The translations under genes were made by a program, and so were the position numbers. Shown piece by piece: positions 19,328 to 27,866 of a DNA stretch of 64,000 nucleotides. The notes below the pieces were generated by a model. It worked only from the letters and a program-made list of their open reading frames with translations, did not search any database and had not been told where the DNA came from. Source of the stretch: an uncultured Phycisphaeraceae bacterium (GTDB lineage Bacteria; Planctomycetota; Phycisphaerae; Phycisphaerales; UBA1924); contig CAZIZO010000009.1 of NCBI GenBank assembly GCA_964543905.1, positions 64,524 to 128,523 of the forward strand, written 5' to 3'. Each line of letters opens with the position of its first letter. Position 1 is the first letter of the stretch.

Positions 19328-19578
19328 TGTCCTCCCTCCTCGCGTATCGCCCGTTCATCGATCCCATCGACGCGCACGGGTGGTGGTTCCTCCTCCTCCT
19401 GCCCATGGCGTTCTTTGTCGCACTCGCGTACAAGTCCGTTCGCGTCGCCGATCTCAAGGACCTTTGGAGAAACACCCTCGTCATGAGCGCCCAGATCACG
19501 CTCGCCATGATCGGCCTGGGGTTCGCGTTTTATCTGTTCGTCGAGCATCTCCTTCCGATCATCGTGCCCCGGTCGTGA
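19324..19578 (+). CDS. hypothetical small membrane protein (84 aa)
   Basis: ATGA overlap with the upstream gene. Two clear TM helices (WWFLLLLPMAFFVALAY, ITLAMIGLGFAFYLFV). Confidence 0.5.
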   Translation: MMSSLLAYRPFIDPIDAHGWWFLLLLPMAFFVALAYKSVRVADLKDLWRNTLVMSAQITLAMIGLGFAFYLFVEHLLPIIVPRS

Positions 19579-19590
19579 ACGAATCGCCCC

Positions 19591-19998
19591 TCACCCACCG
19601 CAACGCCCCTCGCGGCATCTGGGCGTCCTCCACGACCACCTTCGTCGATTCTTCGCGAACCACGCGTACCCGCGATCACACAACCACTTGAGCCCGGGCC
19701 AGCCCGTGGGCGCCACCACCCACCCCCAGCCGACCGCGCGATACGCGCGCCGGATCACCTCCATCCCGCGCACCACCGTCCCGTCGGCCAGCACCCCGTG
19801 CACCTGCGTCCTCACCTCCTCGGGATCGAGTCCGAACGTCGCGGCTTCAAATCCCCTCGCCGTCATGTCCACCCACCCGATCCGATTCCCTTCGCGATCC
19901 AACCCGCGAAGCAAGTTCGCCTGCGCCACGCAGGTCGGGCAACGCCCGTCATAGAGAATCGTGATCCGCGGCCTGTCCCTCAAGGCAGCCCCCCTCAC
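19591..19998 (-). CDS. thiol-disulfide oxidoreductase DCC family (DUF393) protein
   Basis: ILYDGRCPTCVAQANLL carries the DCC-family CxxC motif. GTG start overlapping the gpsA stop (GTGA). Confidence 0.7.
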   Translation of the reverse strand: MRGAALRDRPRITILYDGRCPTCVAQANLLRGLDREGNRIGWVDMTARGFEAATFGLDPEEVRTQVHGVLADGTVVRGMEVIRRAYRAVGWGWVVAPTGWPGLKWLCDRGYAWFAKNRRRWSWRTPRCREGRCGG

Positions 19999-21125
19999 CC
20001 CACCCGCTCCGCCTTCTGCTCCCGGTTCATCAACTGCCCGATCGCCTCGATCGGGTCCACGCCCTCAAAGAGCACGGCATGCACCGAGGACGTGATCGGC
20101 ATCTCCACCCGGTATTTTCGCGCCAAGGCCAGGACCGCCTTGGTCGTCGCCACACCCTCGATCACGTGGGGTGTTCGTGTCAGATAGGACTCGAGCGCCT
20201 CGCCCCGCCCCAGGGCCTCGCCGCACGAACGATTGCGTCCCTCGGGGCTGAAGCAGGTCGTCGCCAGGTCCCCGACCCCGGCAACCCCGAAGAACGTCTC
20301 GGGAGCCGCACCCATCGCCAGCCCCAGCCGAGCGATCTCCGCGAGCCCGCGCGCGAGCAGCGCGCTCTTCGCGTTGTTGCCGGCCTGCAATCCGTCCAGC
20401 ACGCCCGCCGCGATCGCGATGACATTCTTGACCGCGCCGGCCAACTCCACGCCCAGCACGTCCGGGTTGGTGTAGATCCGCAGCCAACTCGTGCTGAACA
20501 GACGCTGGATCTCCTTGGCAAAGCCCGGATCATCGCTCGCCGCGATCATCGCCGCCGGCAAGCACCGCGCCAGTTCCGGCGCGATCGTCGGCCCCGAGAG
20601 CGTCCCGATCCGTCTCGGCTTCCCGTCCGGATTATCCCGCCCCGTCCGCCGCAGCACGTCCGTGATGATCTGCGTCGGTCGCAGCAGCGTCGCGATCTCG
20701 ATCCCCTTCGCCACGCTCACCACCCCCGCGCCGGGCGGAACGTGCGGCGCCAGCCGCTCCCATGTCTCCCGCATGTGCTGCACCGGGATTGCCGAGACGA
20801 TCATCGTCGCGTCGCGCAGCGCGTCGGCATCGCTCAACTCCACCTTCACGTCATCACTCAGAACGAACCCTTCGAGTCGGATCGACCTGCGCGTCTGCGC
20901 CACCCGTCCAACTTCCTCCGGGCTGTGCCCCCACATCGAGACCCGCACCCCCTTGGTCGCAGGCGAACCCTCGAACCGCTTGTCGCCCCCTTGCTCGTTC
21001 GTCGTCAAGAGCCCCGCGCAGACCAAGCCCATCTGTCCTAATCCGAGCACCGTCACCTTCGGCAACGAGAGGCGATCGTCGCCCCGTCGATCTTGACCCC
21101 TACTTGGCGGCTTGGTTCGGGACAT
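19995..21125 (-). CDS. gpsA: NAD(P)H-dependent glycerol-3-phosphate dehydrogenase
   Basis: VTVLGLGQMGLVCAGLL (Rossmann fold), SVAKGIE, GPTIAPELA, VELAGAVKNVIAIAAG, GDLATTC and SRNRSCGEALGRG are canonical GpsA motifs. ATG21125 chosen within the longer ORF. Confidence 0.9.
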   Translation of the reverse strand: MSRTKPPSRGQDRRGDDRLSLPKVTVLGLGQMGLVCAGLLTTNEQGGDKRFEGSPATKGVRVSMWGHSPEEVGRVAQTRRSIRLEGFVLSDDVKVELSDADALRDATMIVSAIPVQHMRETWERLAPHVPPGAGVVSVAKGIEIATLLRPTQIITDVLRRTGRDNPDGKPRRIGTLSGPTIAPELARCLPAAMIAASDDPGFAKEIQRLFSTSWLRIYTNPDVLGVELAGAVKNVIAIAAGVLDGLQAGNNAKSALLARGLAEIARLGLAMGAAPETFFGVAGVGDLATTCFSPEGRNRSCGEALGRGEALESYLTRTPHVIEGVATTKAVLALARKYRVEMPITSSVHAVLFEGVDPIEAIGQLMNREQKAERVG

Positions 21126-21367
21126 GTCCGTGGGTGCTCCCCTTCGACCTCGCGAGTCTGGGTCCAGTTCGGGTGAACCGCTCCGGTCAACCCATCGTAC
21201 TGTAAGGCTGTCCCGGGCCCGGCAGTTGAATCTTGCGCGCCGCAGCCGGGCTAGGCTTGGCCCCTCGGCATTCGCCGTTCGCCCTTGGTCAAGCCGGAGG
21301 GCACGCCGGATTCTTTCCGCGCCTGTTCTGTCCTCGACCGCATCCCGTTCCAGGTGGATCAACTCCT

Positions 21368-23434
21368 ATGGCTCACGATCACCAGCACGACCACAGCCAC
21401 GCCCACGACCAGATCGCGCTCGGCGGCGATGCGCAGTGCTGCTCCCACCACGAGGTCAAGATCGACCGCTGGATCTTCCTCTGCCTCATCGGCGGGCTCC
21501 TCGTCGCGGTCACCACCGTCGCGAGTTGGTTGAAACTCCTCCCGAACGAGACGGCCCAACTCCCGGCCATGCTCGGCGCGGTCCTGCTTTCCATCCCGCT
21601 CTTCATCGCCGCCGGCAAAGAAGTCTGGACCGCCCGCTTCTCCAGTTCCACCCTCGCCGCCATCGCCATCATCGCCGCCATCGCCACGGGTGAATACGTC
21701 CCCGCGGGCTGGCTCGCCTTCATCCTCGTGGTCTTCGGCCTGCTCGTTCGCCGGTCGGCCTCCGGCGCCCAACGCGCCATCCAGGAACTCGTGCAACTCA
21801 CCCCCGACGTGGCCCGCGTCATCGAGAACGGCAACGAGCGCACCGTTTCCCTTGCCGACATCCGCGTCGGGATGACCGTCCGCGTCCGTCCCGGTGAAAA
21901 TCTGCCCGTCGACGGGAAGGTCGTTGTCGGGCGATCCACCATCAACCAGGCCTCGCTCACGGGCGAAGCCGCCCCCGTCGAGGTCACCCAGGGCGATCAG
22001 GTCTATGCCGGCACGACCAACCTGACCGGCGGCATCGACATCATGGTGACGCAGATCGGCGCGGACACGACCATCGGGAAGGTCACACAACTCATCCGCC
22101 AGGCCGAATCCAGCCGCACCCCGCGCCAACTCCTGATCGAGCAGGTCTCCCAGTTCTTCGTGCCGCTCGTCCTCAGCATCGCGGGCCTCGTGTGGTTCCT
22201 CATGAGCCAATCGGAAGACCCCGCGACCAGGGCCCGCGCCGCGGTCACCGCCGTCACCGTGCTCGTCGTCGCGTGCCCCTCGGCGCTGCTCCTGGCCTCC
22301 CCGTCGGCGATGCTCGCCGCCTTCGCCGCCGCCGCGCGGCTCGGGATCCTCATCAAGCAGCCCTCCTTCCTCGAAGCGTCCGCCAACGTCACCGCCGTCG
22401 TCCTCGACAAGACGGGCACGCTCACGACCGGCAAGTTCCAGGTCACCAAACTCGCCCCCGCCACGGGCGTGGACGGCGCCGACCTCCTCCGCGCCGCCGC
22501 CAACGGCGAGCAGCACTCCAACCACCCCCTCGCGCAATCCATCCTCACCACCGCCAAGGCCGCTCGCATCACCATCGACGGCAGCAACGACTACCAAGAG
22601 ATCCACGGCCGGGGCGTCAAGGCCAAGACCACGATGGGCGAAATCTGCGTCGGGCGCTCGAGTTGGCTCTTGGAAATGAGCCCCGCCATCAAGCCCGAGT
22701 TGGACGAGGTCGAATCCAAGATCGAGGGCATGACCGGCGTCCACGTCATGCGGAACGGGCAATACCTCGGCGCCGTCGGGCTTGAAGACACCACCCGCGC
22801 CAACGCCAAGAGCGTCATCAACAAACTCCGCGAACTCGGCGTCCGCAACATCGCCATGTTCACGGGCGACCGCCTCAGCGTCGCGAAACGCGTTGGCGCC
22901 GCCATCGGCGTGGACGCCATCGAGGCCGAGTGCCACCCCGAGGAGAAGCACGAGCAGATCCAGGGCCTCGTCAAGGCCGGCTACCGCACCATGATGGTGG
23001 GCGACGGCATCAACGACGGCCCCTCCCTCGCCGCCGCCGACGTCGGCATCGCCATGGGCCTCCACGGGTCCGACATCGCCGCCAACTCCGCCGGCGTGGC
23101 GCTCATGAACGACGACCTCTCCCGCGTCCCCTTCCTCATCCAACTCGCTCGGCGTACCCGCGGCATCATCGGGCAGAACATCATCCTCTCCATCCTGATC
23201 GCGGTGCTCGGGCTGGTCCTCGCCGCCACCGGCACCCTCAGCAAGGCCGCCGAGTTCGCCCTGCCCCTCGCCGCCCTCTACCACTTCGTCGGGGACATCG
23301 TCGTGCTCGCGAACAGTTTCCGCCTCTTCCGCTTTGGCGAGGACTTTGCCGAGGCCGAGAAGCCCCAGGAGGGGCCCACCATCCGTCGTCGGGCCGCGAG
23401 CGTTCGCGGGCTCACCGCCGCCCAGCCCGCGTGA
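21368..23434 (+). CDS. heavy-metal-translocating P1B-type ATPase (His-rich N-terminus, CPS transmembrane motif)
   Basis: MAHDHQHDHSHAHDQIALGGDAQCCSHH N-terminus. SLTGEA, ACPSALLLASPSA, DKTGTLT, HPLA, MVGDGINDGPSLAAADVGIAMG. Confidence 0.9.
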   Translation: MAHDHQHDHSHAHDQIALGGDAQCCSHHEVKIDRWIFLCLIGGLLVAVTTVASWLKLLPNETAQLPAMLGAVLLSIPLFIAAGKEVWTARFSSSTLAAIAIIAAIATGEYVPAGWLAFILVVFGLLVRRSASGAQRAIQELVQLTPDVARVIENGNERTVSLADIRVGMTVRVRPGENLPVDGKVVVGRSTINQASLTGEAAPVEVTQGDQVYAGTTNLTGGIDIMVTQIGADTTIGKVTQLIRQAESSRTPRQLLIEQVSQFFVPLVLSIAGLVWFLMSQSEDPATRARAAVTAVTVLVVACPSALLLASPSAMLAAFAAAARLGILIKQPSFLEASANVTAVVLDKTGTLTTGKFQVTKLAPATGVDGADLLRAAANGEQHSNHPLAQSILTTAKAARITIDGSNDYQEIHGRGVKAKTTMGEICVGRSSWLLEMSPAIKPELDEVESKIEGMTGVHVMRNGQYLGAVGLEDTTRANAKSVINKLRELGVRNIAMFTGDRLSVAKRVGAAIGVDAIEAECHPEEKHEQIQGLVKAGYRTMMVGDGINDGPSLAAADVGIAMGLHGSDIAANSAGVALMNDDLSRVPFLIQLARRTRGIIGQNIILSILIAVLGLVLAATGTLSKAAEFALPLAALYHFVGDIVVLANSFRLFRFGEDFAEAEKPQEGPTIRRRAASVRGLTAAQPA

Positions 23435-23467
23435 CCACCCGCCTTCTCCACCACGCACCACCTCCAC

Positions 23468-23494
23468 GCCGCTCCGCCCGGGAGCGGCGTTTTC
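23468..23494 (+). terminator. intrinsic terminator after the ATPase gene
   Basis: GCCGCTCC-gcccg-GGAGCGGC followed by GTTTTCG, 34 nt after the stop. Confidence 0.7.
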
Positions 23495-23530
23495 GTTCGG
23501 GACGGCGTGACCATCTCAAACCGAACGCGT

Positions 23531-23568
23531 TCAAAAGAGCAACCCCGGCCGGGAGGGACCGGCCGGGG
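23531..23568 (-). terminator. orphan intrinsic-terminator-like hairpin (minus strand)
   Basis: CCCCGGCCGG-gaggga-CCGGCCGGGG. On the minus strand the hairpin is followed by TTGCTCTTTTGA. There is no annotated minus-strand gene upstream of it. Confidence 0.45.
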
Positions 23569-24029
23569 CGCCTACGGGACCGCAAGGCTCACCCCTCTTG
23601 ACCTTCCTTGACTCCTCTCCCCCCGGGGAAAGAGAATCTCGGAAAGCGCGGTCCCGGGGTTGGTGTGGGCACAAGATGTGGGAGGTGCCTTTGGGTTGCA
23701 ACGCGGCCCAGCACGCCGCCTCACGCGCCCTCGACGCCGTTTTGCGCAGGGTGTTCACACTACCGAGGACAGTCGCTGACGTGCTCGTCCCCCACATCCG
23801 CGCAACACCCTCCTGCTATCATGCAACTCGTCCCCGCACCGGGGCGAATACCCCATCGCAAGGTCGGCGTGTCACTCGACCCCGTCTTTGCTCGCATGGT
23901 CATGTGTGCCGACGACCATGACCCGTCGGCGTGGTTCTTCCCAACCTCTCGTTGGTTCCCCCGAGGCCTCACACCCGCCAGTGATGCCGCGCCATCCTCT
24001 CATTTGGCGGATCAGTATCGGAGACGATC

Positions 24030-25334
24030 ATGAGTCTGCGCCGTTTCGTCGTTGCGTCGATGTTCACTTCGCTGCTCGTGTCCGTGGCGGGCGCCGCTCC
24101 CGCCACCTTTGCCGAACTTGAACTCCCATCCGGCGGTTGGACCGATCTCGAGGTCCTTGCCGTCTCCGGCGACGGGCGAGTCCTCGCCGGCAACCTCTAC
24201 GACGCCTCCAACACGCCCCACGCCTACCGCTGGACGCGCACTACGGGATTCCAGATCGCCCCAACACCCTTCCGAGCCTCGGCCCTCTCTCGAAACGGTG
24301 CGGCCGTGCTCGGCTCGCGCCAAGTTCCGGGCTCCTCGGGCTCCTTCTCCGGATTTGCCGTTCGATGGGTCGGCAACCAGGTTACAGACATCGTCGGCCC
24401 TTCCGCCAACACCGTGTGGACCCCCACCGCCACCAACGCCGACGGCACCATCGCGACGCTCACCGGACTGCTCGTCAGCCCCTTCAGCACCACGCGCGTC
24501 GGGCACATCTGGGCCGCCAACCCGCCTGCCAATCTGGTCCAACCCGCACCCGAATGGACCGTCTACGACCTGGCCGACGATGCCAGCGTCCTCGTGGGGC
24601 AGTCCGCCCCGTCTTCCATCTTCGGCGGCAATTCGAACCTCTATCGCCCCTACCAGCGCGACGTGCTCGGCACGGTGATGACGGACCTCCGCGCCCCGTC
24701 GGGCGTCGAGGCCGAAGGCGAGGCCACGCGGATCTCGGGCGACGGCTCCACCATCGTCGGTCGCCTGACCGAGGGCAACTCCCTCGAACCTCGACGCGCG
24801 TTCATGTGGACCGCCGCGGGCGGGACACAGTATCTTTCGAGCGCCCTGGGCAACGACGCCTCCGTCTTCCCCCGAGGCATCTCTTACCGCGGCGACCTCA
24901 TCGTGGGTGAAGAGCACGACGGACCCAACTTCAGCGTCGCGCTGATCTGGCGCGGCTTCGGCGCCGAGGAACTCATCGGCGTGCTCCGCCAGCAAGGCGC
25001 CGAGATCCCCGACCCCGCCGGCCTCGATCGCGCCCAGGCCATCAGCGCCGACGGGCTCACCATCATCGGGCAAGGCCATCTCAACTTCGGGCACCGGTTC
25101 TGGTTCATCGCCACCCTCGCCACACCTTGCGACGCCGATCAAGACGACGGCTCAGGCCTGGGCTTCCCCGACGGCGGGGTCACCACCGACGACCTCCTTT
25201 TCTACCTCACCCAGTTCGAGACCGGGCGTGAACGCGCCGACCTCGACGACGGCTCCGGGACCGGCACCCGCGACGGCGGCGTCTCGATCGACGATCTGCT
25301 CTACTTCCTCATCCGCTTCGAGGCCGGCTGCTGA
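24030..25334 (+). CDS. secreted repeat (propeller-like) protein with GC-dockerin-like C-terminus
   Basis: Signal peptide MSLRRFVVASMFTSLLVSVAGAAPA. Seven spaced S-x-D/N-G-x-x-hydrophobic-x-G units (VSGDGRVLAG, LSRNGAAVLG, TNADGTIATLTG, LADDASVLVG, ISGDGSTIVG, ISYRGDLIVG, ISADGLTIIG). Ends CDADQDDGSGLGFPDGGVTTDDLLFYLTQFETGRERADLDDGSGTGTRDGGVSIDDLLYFLIRFEAGC-stop. Confidence 0.85.
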   Translation: MSLRRFVVASMFTSLLVSVAGAAPATFAELELPSGGWTDLEVLAVSGDGRVLAGNLYDASNTPHAYRWTRTTGFQIAPTPFRASALSRNGAAVLGSRQVPGSSGSFSGFAVRWVGNQVTDIVGPSANTVWTPTATNADGTIATLTGLLVSPFSTTRVGHIWAANPPANLVQPAPEWTVYDLADDASVLVGQSAPSSIFGGNSNLYRPYQRDVLGTVMTDLRAPSGVEAEGEATRISGDGSTIVGRLTEGNSLEPRRAFMWTAAGGTQYLSSALGNDASVFPRGISYRGDLIVGEEHDGPNFSVALIWRGFGAEELIGVLRQQGAEIPDPAGLDRAQAISADGLTIIGQGHLNFGHRFWFIATLATPCDADQDDGSGLGFPDGGVTTDDLLFYLTQFETGRERADLDDGSGTGTRDGGVSIDDLLYFLIRFEAGC

Positions 25335-25427
25335 TCCCCACGCCTTCATTCCATCACGCACCCGCACGCACCACCCTGGTGCGTGCTGCTCGTTGGGGCG
25401 TCGGGGCTCGCCCGACCTCGAGCGCGA

Positions 25428-27122
25428 TCATGTGAACGTCTTTCGGAGCCGCGCCGTCGGTATCCCGATCTGATCCCGATATTTCGCCACCGTCCGTCGG
25501 GCGATCTCGATCCCACGCTTCTTCAGTTCCTCCACCAGCGTCTCATCGCTCAGCGGCGACGACTTGTCCTCCGCGTCGATGATCTCCTTCAACGCAACCT
25601 TGATCGCGTCCCACGCCATCGATTCGCTCTCGCCATCCTCGCCCGTCGTCTGCAATCCGCCCGAAAAGAACTTGCGCAGCGGCACGATGCCCCGCGGGGT
25701 CGCCAGATGCTTCTCCGCCACCGCCCGGCTCACCGTCGCCACGTGGATCCCCAACTGCTCCGCCACCTGCGTCATCGGCAAGGGCTTGAGCGCCTGCGGC
25801 CCGTAGTCGAAGAAGTCCCGTTGCGCGTCCACCACCGCCCGCACGACCCGCAGCAGCGTCCGCTTGCGCTGCTCCACCGCCTCGATCAGCCACTGCGCGT
25901 TCCCCAGGTTCGTCTTGATGAAGTCCCGGTCCTTGCGCTCCATCCCCTTGTCCTTCGCCAGCCGCGCGTACTCCTCGTTGATCCGAAGGTTCGGGATGCT
26001 CCGATCGTTCAGGTACGCGATGTACCGATCCTGGTCGCCGTCGTACTCCACGATCGCGTCCGGGATGATCGGCTTCGCGTCGTCGCTCACCAGCCGCCGA
26101 CCCGGCGCGAGGCTCAGCCGACGCATCAGCGTCATCGCCTCCTTGATCTCGCCCATCGAAAGCCCGGTCTTCTCCGCCACCCGGGGCAGTCGATTCTGCA
26201 AGAGATCGTCGAGATGGTGCTCGACGAGCGTGCGGGCCGCGACCAGCGTCGCCCGAGGCCACCCGAGGTCCTGCGACTCGTCCTCCAACGCGTCCAACTG
26301 CAGCAACAGGCACTCGCGGGGTGTCCGCGCCGCCACGCCCGCGGGTTCGAGGAGCAACTGCACCGCGCTCAGCGCTTCCTGGAGTTGCTCGATCGTCGGC
26401 CTCGTGGGAAACACGATCGACCCCGCCGGCGCCGTCGCCGGGTCCCCCACCACCGCCCGCTCCGCGATCGTCTCGAGGGGTGTGCGCAGATAGCCATCAT
26501 CATCGAGGAACGAGATGAGCAACTCGCCCAGCGGGCGCAAGTCCTCTCGGACTTCCGTCAACGCCCACTGCCCACGCAGTTGATCGACGAGCGACGCCGC
26601 CCGCGCGGGAGTCGCCGCCATCGCCTCCGATTTCGCGTCCGTCCCACCTTCGTAGCGCTCGCGAGGCTGATACTCCTGCTCGCCGGCACGCTCGCGCGAG
26701 TAGTCCGACGCCGAAAACTCGTTCTCCGCCGCGTCCGGGTTCGTATCTTCGAACGAGTCCAAACGCTCGAAATCGTCCTTCGCCGACCCGCTGTCCACAT
26801 CGACCGGCGCTTCATCACCTTCCACGGACTCGTTCAGCAGCGCCCCCTCGCCCGACTCTTCGCCCTCGCTCCCTTCCCCCGCATCCGCGTCGTCAAAGCC
26901 CTCATCATCCGTATCCCCCTCGCCCGCCGTCTCGGCCGTCGGGGCCTCGGCGTTCGGATCGCCCTCCACCAACTCCAGCGTCGCGTTGCTCTCCAGTTCC
27001 TGCTCGATCCGCTCCTCCAACTCCGCGAGCGGCATCTGCAGGATCTCCATCGACTGGATCATCCGGGGGGCCAGCCTCATCTGCTGGCCTAACTTCATGT
27101 GTTGCGACGTCTCAAAGCGCAT
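25428..27122 (-). CDS. rpoN: RNA polymerase sigma-54 factor
   Basis: N-terminal MKLGQQMRLAPRMIQSMEILQMP (region I), acidic region II, and a C-terminal RpoN box ARRTVAKYRDQIGIP. ATG27098 (MKLGQQ) is an alternative start. Confidence 0.9.
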   Translation of the reverse strand: MRFETSQHMKLGQQMRLAPRMIQSMEILQMPLAELEERIEQELESNATLELVEGDPNAEAPTAETAGEGDTDDEGFDDADAGEGSEGEESGEGALLNESVEGDEAPVDVDSGSAKDDFERLDSFEDTNPDAAENEFSASDYSRERAGEQEYQPRERYEGGTDAKSEAMAATPARAASLVDQLRGQWALTEVREDLRPLGELLISFLDDDGYLRTPLETIAERAVVGDPATAPAGSIVFPTRPTIEQLQEALSAVQLLLEPAGVAARTPRECLLLQLDALEDESQDLGWPRATLVAARTLVEHHLDDLLQNRLPRVAEKTGLSMGEIKEAMTLMRRLSLAPGRRLVSDDAKPIIPDAIVEYDGDQDRYIAYLNDRSIPNLRINEEYARLAKDKGMERKDRDFIKTNLGNAQWLIEAVEQRKRTLLRVVRAVVDAQRDFFDYGPQALKPLPMTQVAEQLGIHVATVSRAVAEKHLATPRGIVPLRKFFSGGLQTTGEDGESESMAWDAIKVALKEIIDAEDKSSPLSDETLVEELKKRGIEIARRTVAKYRDQIGIPTARLRKTFT

Positions 27123-27134
27123 GGTGTTCGGTGC

Positions 27135-27818
27135 CTACGGGACTCCCTGACGACCAACAATGGCATCGGCCAAGACCGCCTTGTTGGCGTATTCCAACTG
27201 CGATCCGCTCGGCAATCCACGTGCCAGCCGCGTTATCTTGACCATCATACTCCGAAGTTCCTGCGCCAAATACAGTTGGGTCCCGTCCCCCTCCAGGTTC
27301 GGATTCATACCCAAAATAACTTCTCGGACTTGAACGCCCCCGGGGTTCCTGCTCGCGTCCTTCACCCGCGCCAGCAAGTCCCCAATCGTGAGTTCCGCCG
27401 GACCAATCCCATCCAGCGGGCTGAGTCGCCCCATCAGGACGTGATACAGCCCCTTGTACATCCCGGTCTGCTCCAACGCGATCAGGTCCTTCGGCTGCTC
27501 TACCACCAGGATCGTCGAACGATCGCGCTCCTCGTCGCCGCAAATCACGCACACGTCGGCGTCCGACAAGTTCGAGCACACCGTGCAGTGCCGGACCGTC
27601 TTCTTCATGTTCGAGATCGCGCCCGCCAGCGCCAGCGCGGTCGGAGCCTCGGCCTTGAGCAGGAAAAACGCCAGACGCTCCGCCGATCGTCGACCGATGC
27701 CCGGCAACTTCGCCAACTCGTCGATGAGCAGGTCCACGGCCCTCGGGTACGCGTGCGAACGCTTCGTCGGCATCGACCCGCCCTCGCCCTCCGCCGAACT
27801 CTTCTGCTCGCTCGCCAT
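27135..27818 (-). CDS. recR: recombination protein RecR
   Basis: LIDELAKLPGIGRRSAERLAFFLL (HhH), zinc finger CTVCSNLSDADVCVIC, Toprim segment ILVVEQPKDLIALE. Confidence 0.9.
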   Translation of the reverse strand: MASEQKSSAEGEGGSMPTKRSHAYPRAVDLLIDELAKLPGIGRRSAERLAFFLLKAEAPTALALAGAISNMKKTVRHCTVCSNLSDADVCVICGDEERDRSTILVVEQPKDLIALEQTGMYKGLYHVLMGRLSPLDGIGPAELTIGDLLARVKDASRNPGGVQVREVILGMNPNLEGDGTQLYLAQELRSMMVKITRLARGLPSGSQLEYANKAVLADAIVGRQGVP

Positions 27819-27866
27819 GGTTGATCCTACGCGAGGGGCGCCTCGCTCCTCGTATCATCCGCCCCG

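Noticed and set aside
21359-23467. 702-aa minus-strand ORF
   Set aside because: It is antisense to the P-type ATPase, which has all canonical motifs. The translation is Gly/Asp/Glu/Arg low-complexity sequence.
25364-25386. Hairpin GCACGCACC-accct-GGTGCGTGC between the convergent cargo gene 24030-25334 and rpoN
   Set aside because: There is no convincing U-tract on either strand. It may act as a weak bidirectional terminator, but the support is too thin to list.
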